Assembly: GCA_050178385.1 (NCBI GenBank)
Contig: JBFXGD010000047.1
Coordinates: 1-21,936, forward strand
Source: Calditrichaceae bacterium
Lineage (GTDB): Bacteria > Calditrichota > Calditrichia > Calditrichales > JBFXGD01
Length of the DNA stretch: 21,936 nucleotides
Direction: 5' to 3'
Shown here: positions 7,092 through 18,300 of the stretch, in pieces
Numbering within the stretch: position 1 is the first letter of the stretch
Layout: every line of letters starts with the position of its first letter
Notes under the pieces: model-generated
What the model saw: only the letters and a program-made list of their open reading frames with translations
What the model was told of the DNA's origin: nothing
Databases searched by the model: none
Made by a program: the position numbers and the translations under genes

Positions 7092-9026
7092 TTATTTGCC
7101 TGCGCTCTTGAGGCGTTCTTTCGCGCCTTTTATTGCAGCCAGGACCTTCTTATTATAAGGATGTTTGATTAAAATTTCTTCCCATATACCGATGGCATCC
7201 TGATATTTACCGATAAGGAATTTCTCCACGCCTTCGTGATAAAGTCGTTCCGCGTCCGGATCCATTTCATCTTCTTTTCCTATGGTTTCCACTTTCGACC
7301 GTTCAACATACTGCTTAACCAGCGGATTCTCAGGATCCATATCTAAAACGCCCTCAAAAAGCTGTAATGCTTTACTATACTCTCCTATATCGTACAAAAG
7401 CAAGCCTTGTTGAATATTTTCTTGTAATTTTATTCTTTGAGCCAATGCTTCGATCTCCGTCTGCAACTCCGCATTCTGCCCACCAAGCAATCTTGCGTCT
7501 GCCAAAAGCCGCAACGCTTCAGAATAATTCTGGTTTTTAAATTCTTCCCTGCTTTTACGAACAAGGCTGTTTATTTCTTCCGACAACCTTCTTTTTGTAG
7601 TTGAAATGGCATTCAGTAACGTCTCATTTTTCGGATCGCGCTCAAGTGATATGTTAAACTCAATTAAAGCTTCTGTAAACTGTTTTTTGTCAAGGAATAA
7701 CCGGCCTTTTTCAAAATGTTCATTTACATAACGCCTGTCATTCTCAGCCCTGTCTTTATCCAGAGCGTCTTGCACCGCCAGAGCCTGCTGTGCTTCAAAT
7801 CCTTTTTGCAGCATTGTATTTGATGAATCGAGCATCACCTTTGCTCTAAAATGGAACGGATCTTGTCCGATTACCTGCTGATATTCAACAATTGCATCCA
7901 GAAATTTTTCGGCGTTAAAAAATTCATCCGCTAATTTCAGGTGCGTAATAATCGATTGCTGCCTGTCAGACTCTCGTATTTCGGCGATGATGCGGTCTTC
8001 TTCTTCCTGTCGTTTTGCCTCTGCAATAGTAAACAGATCATCCCTTGTCAAACCGAAATTGAATGAAAGCGAAATGCGGTGTACCGCTGAAAAATAATCA
8101 CTGTATTCTGTCGAGCCAAAAGCATAGTCAATCTGGAAAAAACGATATTCGACACCGGCGCCGTATGTCAACCCATTGTTATCCATACCCAGCCTGAGCA
8201 TGCCCATATCTCTAAAGCTATACTCCGTCCCCATATTCAGTTTTAAATCTCTTTTTTCAGAATAATCAAAATCAAATGCCAGGTTTAATCCCCCTCCACC
8301 CGCAAATCTTAATTTTTTGTTGAGACCTAACCGGATACTCATCGGGTAATCGTCAACATCTATGCCTTCCTTTACTTGCGGAGGAAATAAGTTATGAATA
8401 TTTAAACCAAAAGACCAATCCTGAAGCCATCTGTTCGTAAACCAATCCGGACGATACATTATACCCAGATCGAGACCGACACCCATATCACTTAAACTTC
8501 CTTCATCATACAGATTACTCCACGCCCGTCTTACAACCCTGATCGTTGCCCCTGATGATAAATCCCATGGCAATTTTTTGGCGTATGAGAAATAAAACTC
8601 ATATTCTTCGCGGGAAAATTCACCTAAATATACATTATCTTTATCTGTCTGACTAATTTCACCGACTCCGATACGACCAATACCCAATCCAAAAGTCCCT
8701 AAACCCAGAGTCGGGAACGCATAGCCGAGGAAATCATAATTCGTTCCTTCAAAAAGAGACATGTGGAACAGTGTAACACTCTGTTGATAAATATATTCCA
8801 GTCCGGCAGGGTTCCAGAACACAGCAGTCGGATCATCCGCAATGGCTGTAAAGGCATGACCCATACCCATTGAGCGGGCCCCGTAACCAAAACTCAGGTT
8901 GCTCTCCGTTCCTCCCTGTCCATCCTGGGCGACCGCTCCGGCAGAAAATATTAAAATTGCCAAAACAGTGATGAATAAGCCTTCTGTTCTATTAAATAAT
9001 TTTTTTAATATTTGCATACCCGCCAT
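7092..9026 (-). CDS. PorV/PorQ-family (FadL-like) outer-membrane beta-barrel fused to a C-terminal coiled coil and TPR repeats
   Basis: Signal peptide ...FITVLAILIFSAGAVA|Q. Family signature LSFGYGARSMGMGHAFTAIADDPTAVFWNPAGL. Amphipathic strands end at IDYAF...HRISLSFNF (aa 324). TPR motifs follow: FLDAIVEYQQVIGQDP, FTEALIEFNISLERDP, YSKALQLFEGVLDMDP, YQDAIGIWEEILIKHP. Confidence 0.85.
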   Translation of the reverse strand: MAGMQILKKLFNRTEGLFITVLAILIFSAGAVAQDGQGGTESNLSFGYGARSMGMGHAFTAIADDPTAVFWNPAGLEYIYQQSVTLFHMSLFEGTNYDFLGYAFPTLGLGTFGLGIGRIGVGEISQTDKDNVYLGEFSREEYEFYFSYAKKLPWDLSSGATIRVVRRAWSNLYDEGSLSDMGVGLDLGIMYRPDWFTNRWLQDWSFGLNIHNLFPPQVKEGIDVDDYPMSIRLGLNKKLRFAGGGGLNLAFDFDYSEKRDLKLNMGTEYSFRDMGMLRLGMDNNGLTYGAGVEYRFFQIDYAFGSTEYSDYFSAVHRISLSFNFGLTRDDLFTIAEAKRQEEEDRIIAEIRESDRQQSIITHLKLADEFFNAEKFLDAIVEYQQVIGQDPFHFRAKVMLDSSNTMLQKGFEAQQALAVQDALDKDRAENDRRYVNEHFEKGRLFLDKKQFTEALIEFNISLERDPKNETLLNAISTTKRRLSEEINSLVRKSREEFKNQNYSEALRLLADARLLGGQNAELQTEIEALAQRIKLQENIQQGLLLYDIGEYSKALQLFEGVLDMDPENPLVKQYVERSKVETIGKEDEMDPDAERLYHEGVEKFLIGKYQDAIGIWEEILIKHPYNKKVLAAIKGAKERLKSAGK

Positions 9027-9031
9027 CTCAC

Positions 9032-9328
9032 TTATTTTATATAAGCAATTTTTGTGATAAATGTTTGCCGCGATCCGCCGCTTTTCGGCTTAATATCAAT
9101 CGCACAGAGATAAACCCCGTTTAAAACCACATAGCCACGGTCATTTTTACCATTCCATCGGACATCATCATAGTGCAGACCGGCAATCTGATTCGGCAGT
9201 ATTTTCGTCCATACAAGTTCACCAAGCAGAGTGAAAATCCTGATTTCCACATCCGAATCATGATCGAGCTGAAATACGATTGTGGTAAACTCTTCATTTC
9301 GACCAAACGGATTCGGATAATTTCTGAA
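9032..9328 (-). other. C-terminal secretion/sorting domain (T9SS CTD / FlgD-Ig-like)
   Basis: FRNYPNPF...FQLDHDSDVEIRIFTLLGELVW...VRWNGKNDRGYVVLNGVYLCAI...ITKIAYIK carries the YPNP, GxY and terminal KxxxxK hallmarks. Confidence 0.82.
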
Positions 9329-12300
9329 TGCCTCTTCGGGATTTGATGAAATCACCGTGAAAGCTTCAGATGTATAACTCTGACTTTCATTAATATCCAC
9401 GCCCTGAGCATCCTTAATCGCCAGCGGAACAGATGGATCCACATCGTAAGCGTTCACATGTTTTAATACTGTTCTGAAACTCCTGTTTTCCGCTTCGGTC
9501 TGTAATTCCGCCAAAACAATAATCGTATCCACCGCGCCGGCCTCTAGTGTATCGACTAGTGAAAAATCCATCCAAACAGGATTATCGGAAGATTCATCAA
9601 GTTGATACTCAGCAAAAATTTTCGGCCGCTGAACCGCGGTATTTTTTGTTAAACCGGTTTTGTACTGATCATAGTTTACAACTTTCAGGCTCTTCATCAT
9701 ATTCGCGATGGCCAGCTGATTTAGGAGATTATCCGCCGTAGGCAAACCGAAAGTGGAGTATAATCCAATCTCAACTGCATTCACATTCAAATTATCCTCA
9801 TATCCCTGATTGGATATTGAAAACGCCAGAATAGCCCTGTCTGTCATTCCGCGCAGGAAACTCCGGTCAACAATTAAGTCATTCAGCATTAAAACTGTAA
9901 TATTTTTCTGTCTGACTCTGACCGGGAGCGAAACGAGACCCGTCATGACATCAATTTCCGCGGATAATCCACTGTTCTTATCTGACGGAAGCCCTGTAAA
10001 ATTAAAGTTTATACTGACCGTACGTTCTGATAACGGAGCTTTAATGCGCCATACCAGTTTTTGACCTAATTGTGTAAATGTCTTCTTGTACGTTTCACCT
10101 TCGACAAGCGTAAATCCATTTTGTATGATCAAAGCGGAATCCAGACTTATCGCCCCTGAACCCTGAACATCAGCATATCCTATTCCTGAAGTATTTTCGG
10201 CATATTCAGCCCAAAGCTCCACAATTACTTCCTGACCAAACGAAAGCAATCCGGCCTGTGATGAAACCGGTGAAATAAGCGTGTGCTTTAATGAAAGTTT
10301 TGGTCTCTTTTGCACCGTCAACGGATTAGCTACAAGCGAGGTCGGATCAGTTACTTCACCACTGTTTCTGTCGATACCGGTTAAAAATACCGCGATAGTG
10401 TCTTTTCCGGTTCCCGTGTAATCTGCCGGTACGGCGATATCCCAGGTGGCCTGATTATTGATATCAAGAGATCTGGCGATAACCGCGCCGCCAAATTTTT
10501 CAGGCATCAGGAGATATGCCACCGGGTTGGCCAGGTTTGAACTGATCTGACCGGTTACACGATATATAAATGTTTGACCTGTCGAGACGGTATCAGGTGA
10601 TTCTGTCGATACAATACTAAGAGTTGCTCCTTCTTCCGTATAAATTGTCTTAGTCTGAGTTTCATTTATTGTCGCGGGTTTTTGGGTATTCACATCGAGC
10701 GGAATGCTGTCAACTTTTACCGTAATCTGGTAAGATTCTTTTGCCGCTGCAGCTACAATAAGAGCATCTTTAACCACTTTTTGTAAATCTGTACCGCTTA
10801 TTCTGCCATCAAGCTGCTCAATATCACCTGTCTCTTGACCGGGTGAGCTGTTTTTACTGTTGATCCCGTTTAAAATACTTTTAAGCTCGGCCATTGATGC
10901 GGCGCTTTTTGTTGACGCTCCGTCCACTCTGACCCACCAGTAAAAAGGTGTGCCTACGGTAAAAGTCTTTTGTGTATCAGGATCAATCAAAGTAAATTCA
11001 GGGCTCAAAAGAATTGATGTCTTTCCCGTTCCGGATATGGCCGCGGTTCCGGGTTGAAGCGTCACTAACCCTTCCAGCTTCAAGGTTTGACCCACAGATA
11101 CCGTATCATCTGTTGCGCCCGCGGGTTCAACAATCTTTAATCCCAAAACAAGTGATGATTTCAGCACAACCTGTACAGGCAGAAGATTTGATGTTGTCTC
11201 TACAAGCTGTCCGCTGTTCTTATCATATCCGATTATCCTGACACTTATATTAACTGTTCCCGGTGTAGGCGAACCGGTAGCAACTATTTCCCAATCAACA
11301 ACAGCCGTGGATGTAGCCGGTAAATCTTTTATGGAACTTGTTTTCACTGAAAAACCGGATGGTAGAAGAATCTGAGCCACTCTGCCGGTATCACGAACGG
11401 ACTGGTTGAAAGATATCTCTGTATGAAGGACAAATTCCTGCCCCGTTGAGATAACACTGTCCCGGGCACCATCGGGTGAAGCTATACTTATCAAAGCTGT
11501 GACTATGCCGGCTTCATCAGTCCTTACCAGAACCGTATCAATCGTTTTCACCGTTGTTACGTCTCTTCCCGTATTGAGATCAATCGGAATTTCATTCATC
11601 TGAATTCGCAGGCTGTCAAATATACCTCCGGTACTCACTGAAAGCGCTTCCAAATTCCATTCAGCATATGCCTGTGACTGTGTAAATGTTTTTTCACTAA
11701 TATCACTGTCAAATTTATAATGAATCGTATCCGGCAGACTCATTGTCATCTTGCCGCTGCCATAAGATGACACACCGCTTACTCTGCTTACATCAGCGCG
11801 AACTTTAAATTTTGTCCCAACCGATATGATTCCGTCAACCGCTCCAACCGGCGAAATAATGGCCGCATTAAGAGCTAAACGGCTTGCGGTCTGAACCAAT
11901 ACCGTTTCCAAATTATCAACCGGTTGTTGAATTGTTACAAGACTCCCTGTCAAATCAATCGCGGAATCAATTTTTACCTTATACACCGTGGATCCGTCTA
12001 TTGCCAAGCCCGGTGAGTTATAGACCATTGTTTTGTAATTAAACGGCGCGATATCTGTCATCACCAGCTGCTGCAGGAAATTATCATCTCTGGATAAGGA
12101 AACATATGCGGTCCGGATCGTGTCAGCTCCGTTGTTTACAAGTCTCAACCGGAGATTAAACGATTCGTTTTGATTGACATAAGGCGCGTTCGGTGCCAGA
12201 ACATCTTTTATGATTTTCAACGAATCAATCCCCACTATAGCCGGACGTATCACTAATACAGAATCCATGAAAATCACTGTTTTTGATGTGTCAGTAAAAG

Positions 12301-15300
12301 TCGAAGTCCGCAGATCCCGGTATGAAACAATCGGCCTTGGTTTCACAATACCGGTCGTTGCGGATTGCGATAAGTTATAATTTATCGAATAGGTTCGGCT
12401 TTGACCGGCCATGAGAGTATCAGGGAACAGATTGAACGTAGAGGGGAGCCATTGTGTTGAAACATCTGCAGCACCGGCGTTGAATATATGATCTATCTTA
12501 CTGATTGCCGCTGATGATTTTCCAAGGTTAGCCAAAGTATAGTCGATGGCGATATCATTTTGCCCCTGTCTTACTGTTTCGGGTAAAATATTTATCTGGG
12601 TGAAAATGAGCCTGGCCTCAGGAATAATTTTTAAAACCCCGAAAATCGTTTCTTCTTTTTCATAATCAGACCCGTTCAGCAATGTTCCCTTTAATCGCCA
12701 TTTTACATTATAAATAACCGTGTCCATTGTTACTGGAACCGTTAGACTATTAAATAAGATCTCCGTGGAATCAAGCCCGCCAAGTGTAAATTTACCGGCA
12801 AGATATTTCCGGGATATGGGCGAAGAAAGAATCTCCATATAGGAAGAATCAGGGTCCAGCGCCAAATCTGCTGATCCCGCGTTATAAAATGTGAATGCGA
12901 AGGAATTTGTTTGCCTTCTCACCAGCGTATCCGGATTCATACTTCCTAATACATAGCTGATGTTTGCTTTTGACAAAACAATCATGTCTTCAAAAGTGGA
13001 GGATTCTTTCACCAGATTGCCGTTATCCAGACTGATTTGACCAAAAATATTCGTCTGTCCCAACGGGAAAGGATCCGGCAGATCAAAAACAAATATGAGA
13101 CGATTATTACTGCTGGTTTTTAGCACCGTCAGAGTGTCGGTGCGGTTTAAATTATTGACATTCCGAATACTGCCGTCCGTGGCGGATTTCATTATTAAAG
13201 TAGTTCCGGCCGGATCAATCTGAAGCGGAATTCCGCTGTTTGACACCGTCATTATAACCTGAATCCCTGTCTGTCCCGGAATAACCCGGTTATCACCGAC
13301 AATACCAATTGATGTAATTGAAATCAAGCCCGCTCCATAGGCAAAAATGCCGGCATCATGATCACTCTGATATGCCGCCTTGTTCGATGCTCCCCTGACG
13401 TGCAGTCTTAACGGATATTCCTGAGATTGTATTGCGGTAATCAGGGTACTTCTGAATACAAGTTCGGTGGTATCGGGAAATGCTTTGATAGTCTGCGGAC
13501 TTGTTCCCGCCAAATTAATCAAATACGAAGTTCCCTGGATCTCTATGGAAGTAAGATTGGAATCAAGTTCGACTGTCGCTTCTCCTCTATTCACTACTTT
13601 TAGCCGGAATTGAATAGTCGTGTCTCCCGGAGATGCATTGGGAATGGTCTCAAAAACCGAAAGCGCTGCCGGTGTTTCAATAAAAAATTGCCCCGGACTA
13701 CCCGAGCTCGCGCTGAGATCTGCTCCGGAGTTGGACTCTTTCCCTGAAATGGTATTATTCACTCCAACAGTACCTGTATATCCCGAAGGAATGACTAATG
13801 AATAAATAAGAGTGTCCGTTAAACCACCCGACAGGTTAAAGGGTGTTGAATGACTGATCAAAACGGGTCCAAGATTTATTGGCGGTGACACTGACAATTG
13901 ATTGGAATTAATGACAGCGTCAGCTTCCCCGGAGTTTGAGACACTTATTGAGAGCCGGGCATGCGTTTGTCCCTGACTTACCGTATCGGGAAGGACCGCA
14001 ACTGAATTAACCGCCAGAAGAGCTTGCTGCTCAACTGTTAAACTACCGGCTATTACAGCTCCGTCCTGAATAGTCAGCATTCCGTCATTAACATCCCTGG
14101 TCCCTGTATAACCGTCAACACTATAGATATCAGACAATGTACCGCCCAGAGTCGCCAGATTAAAGTCAAACCTTGTCGATGACCCGGGTTTTAATATTAA
14201 CGGAATTGAAGGTGATGAATTTCGTGAAATCGTGAATAAATCATTTCTCTCAACCGCGCCGCTTGTCATTAATTTTAGTCGGACAGAATCCACCTGCGCA
14301 TCCGCGCGGTAAGGACCCGCGGCATTACTCATATATATCGCTGCCCGGAGATTAGACTGATTTGTTGAAACAAGCTGCGGTGCTACCGTCACACTATCGA
14401 TCACAACCTGAGGCCGCAATTGAACCTGCCATGTATCCGTCACCGTTGTGTCGGTGATGTCAAAATTTTGCTGTGACAGCAGTTCTGTTAAATTGATACT
14501 GGCATACATGGTATCTGGCCCGGTTTGCGCGTCAAAATTAATATCCACCGGTACGGTAAACACCTGGGATAAACCGCTGTCAATTGTTCTTGGCAGAATC
14601 GGACTAACCGGATTAAAGACATAATTTTCATTTCCGTTTTGATACTGAAGCGCCAATGTTTCAACTCTGGCAGGAGATGTTCCGACATTTTTCACTCTCA
14701 CACTTACATTGACTGATGTCTGCCCCTGTGACACAAAATCCTTCACCGCGGAAACACTGATAATCTCGACCAAAGGCTTTCCGGTCACTTCCCAGGCCAT
14801 AAAAGACGCACTAGTAAGGCTTGATGACTTTCCGGAAAAATTGTTCTGATATTTTATGCTCGCATACAAAGTATCATGGCCTGTTGCTGAATTTGTTTGC
14901 ACCGAGACTGAATCAGTGATTGTTATTTCAGAATGTCCTGCCAACGGGATGGGGAAAGCCGGCCATTCGTTGGTATACAAACCGATTTCAGCGATGAGAT
15001 TCAAATTGTTTATCGAAACCGGTGTTCCACCGCTATTCCTTATCGTGACCGAAACTGGTATTTTGGACTGTCCCTGGCTAACAAGACTGTCGGCCGGATT
15101 CACATGAGCAATTTGGGTAATTGATATAACCGGAGGTGTATATACGTTCCAGGAATCTGTTGCCACGGCGGATGCAGTGGTAATCTCGCTTCCGCTGTTG
15201 ATATCAATCCCTTTTCCTCTTGCGTCAATCGTGACTAATCCGGTATCGGGACCTGTGGGTACCGTCACTCTGACGTCGAATGGCCTGGTCTCACCGCCTG

Positions 15301-18300
15301 TGAGCGTATTCGGGAGCCCCGGCGCGATTGAAACCGGTACGCCATATGGTATAACAACAAGAGAATCGATTCTTAATAAGGCCTGTCCGGTATTTGTTAC
15401 ATCGATTGTAAGCAAGGTATCCACACCCTGACTGATATCGGTTCCGGAAGCGATGACAGAATTAATTTGTAACACCGCCGGATTTTGAACGACCAGACTG
15501 TCAGCGGCAGTAAGAGAATCATTAAACGCGGCGCCGTTTTCAGTACCGTTTAATACAAGAAGTCCTTCATATTTGGCATCACCCGGAATGGTCAGATTGG
15601 TGGCAGTGAAATTCAATGTTGTAGTCGATCCGCCTCCGGCGAGCGCCTGATTGGTAGTCAAATTAAATTTTTGACCTCCAAACTCAAAACTTGTAGATGT
15701 TTTATTTAAAAGGACATCATAAACGCCGTCATTTTTAACCTGTGCTGCAAACTGAACATTTTGACCGGCTGATACCGTTTTAGGAGTGTAATCAGCAAAC
15801 GTCAGAACGGCTGCGTTCGCAATGATAAACTGATCAGTTTGCGAAGATTCTGTATCGGAAATCAAATCCCCGGTACCGGAGTACCGGCCCATGACTGTTC
15901 CATCAACAATTATAGTATCCGGTGTAGCGCCGCTGGGAATATTGAGTGAGAACTCAAAAATTCCATCAGAATCACTTAGAAGAGAGTCCGGTCCCGATAA
16001 TTGAACTTCACTAAATCCATAATCAGGAGTAAATGTCAGATCCGCACTGAGATCACGAATCGTGTACATACTGGTGTTTCGGATTCTCATTTGAATCATA
16101 TTTATGGTGTCACTCTTCCGGACTATTTTAGACGCCGGATCGAGAACTGTAACCGATACAATTCTCAGAGGCTCAATGGAAAGCTCTACAGCATCCGTAG
16201 AAAGAGTGCCGTTCATTCCGCTATAATCTTCCCGGCCGACCAGATGAATTTCGGGCGTGTATTTTCCGCTAAGGAATCCACCATTAATAATCGCCGGTTT
16301 AAATTTCAATAAATTTTCCGGACTGCGGGGCGGCAATGCCAGCGGTGAATCCAGTTTAGCGGTAATACTGTAATCAGTATCGTTTATAATAAAGCTGCTC
16401 AGGGATGTATCCAGAGGTACAATGTCAATTCCGGGATTGGAAACTTTTACATAAAATGTGGTCGTATCTCCGGGCATTACAACCTTTGGCTCCAGAGAAT
16501 TGGATACATAACGGATGCCGTATATTTTAAAGGCCGCTGTATCAATCAATCCTGTGATATAGGCTTTCGCAAAAGAGGAATCAGCCTTTTTGGGACTGGT
16601 ATAAAGCGAATGCGCTAAGCCATTTTCATCGGATTTATCGGTCAGGTTTGAAATATATTGTGTCGGAATAAACTGAACAGTCTGATCTTTTACCATATTG
16701 CCGAATTGATCCTGAACCTGAGCGACTATCTGCTGATTACCGCCTGCGATGCTAGTCCGGTTATTTCCTGAATAGGCGACAATCGTATTTGCCACATCCG
16801 CATTCACAAGTGCATTAAATATGACAGGGGTCTTTCCGGGACTGTCCACTGTGAGAGTGTCATTTCCCGATACGGTTCTCAGTGTCCATATTACTGAATC
16901 CAGACCACTTGCATTCGTTACTAATCCTGAATGATCAACTCCTCCGTCTAGCGAAGGCGTCCAGTTAATCGTCACACCCTGGACAGGGTTGTTATAAGCG
17001 TCAACAGATCTCACTTTAAGATATTGAACAAGCGGCTGACCAACCGTACCGGTTTGATTATTTCCGGAGACTATGAGTATCTGAGCCGCTGTATCCGGCA
17101 CAGCAAATGCTGTAAACTTAATCGGACTGTTGTTCAACTGACTATTGAAAGCTGAAACCTGATACTCTCCTGTCATACTCCCCAACTGGAAGAATGTTTG
17201 CACATTACCATAAGCGTCTGATAAACCGGATTCCTGTGTAAAATTGAAATTATGCTCCGCGTTTACCGGGTGATCTGTCACGGAAAAGGTAACCGAAACC
17301 CCTGCAACCGGATTCCCGAAATTATCTTCGACCCTAACCACAAATGGTTGTGCAAGAGTATCCTGAACCGTACCCGTCAGAGAATCACCGGAAACATAAA
17401 CAAGTGTATTTGCAGATGAACTTAAAGCATTCGCGTAAAAGATAACCGGTGTGGCAATTCCTGCAACAGCGGCAGAAGCCGAGTCTAGTCCGACAGTTGT
17501 TTTCAGACGCCATTTACTTCTGGAAACGCCCTGGGTGTCAGTGGCATCAGACACAGGATTAAGAACGCCGTCACTATTTGTACTCCAGGTTACACTGGCA
17601 GCCGGCACCAGATTATTATAAGCGTCAACAACCCGTATTCCCAGTGAATCACTGATGAAATCACTGACCCTACCGCTAACCGTATCCGGGGTAATTTTTG
17701 TAATCGCAAACGCCGCGCCGGATCTGACTTTGATAATTCCCGAATAATCATTCAAGGAACCACGTGTAATTTTGATCTGCGAAGAATTTGCCACAGTGAA
17801 ATTAATGGTATTAGTTGCCGCGGAATCCGTTTGAGTAAACGCGCCGATCGAGTCACCGTCAACGGTCCATGACACATTTGCCGGCGAGATATAATTTCCT
17901 TTAACGTCATAACCAGCCGCGTACAAATCTAAGGACCCACCCGCTGCGGCAGTGTAAGCGCCTAACTCAGTACCTCCGGCGCCGGCAGTGGTCTGAATTC
18001 TGATGGATGCCAACTCTCCCGTCTGAACCGTAATCGTACCGGTCGCATCGTTGGTCCAACCGTTGGAATTTGTAACCTGTACTGCACCTGAGCCTGGTGA
18101 AGTCGGTGTGAGAGTAGTTACATACACATTTGTACTATTTCCAAGACCGGTCAATCCGCCTGTTACGTTCCAGTTAACAGGAGCATTTTGACTAAAATTA
18201 TTATCACTATCATATCCTGCCGAGTACAGGCTTAGAACCTGTCCAACCGCAAGAGTTGAGTCACCTATTTCAATTCCTCCATTGTTCGATTCAGTGCGAA

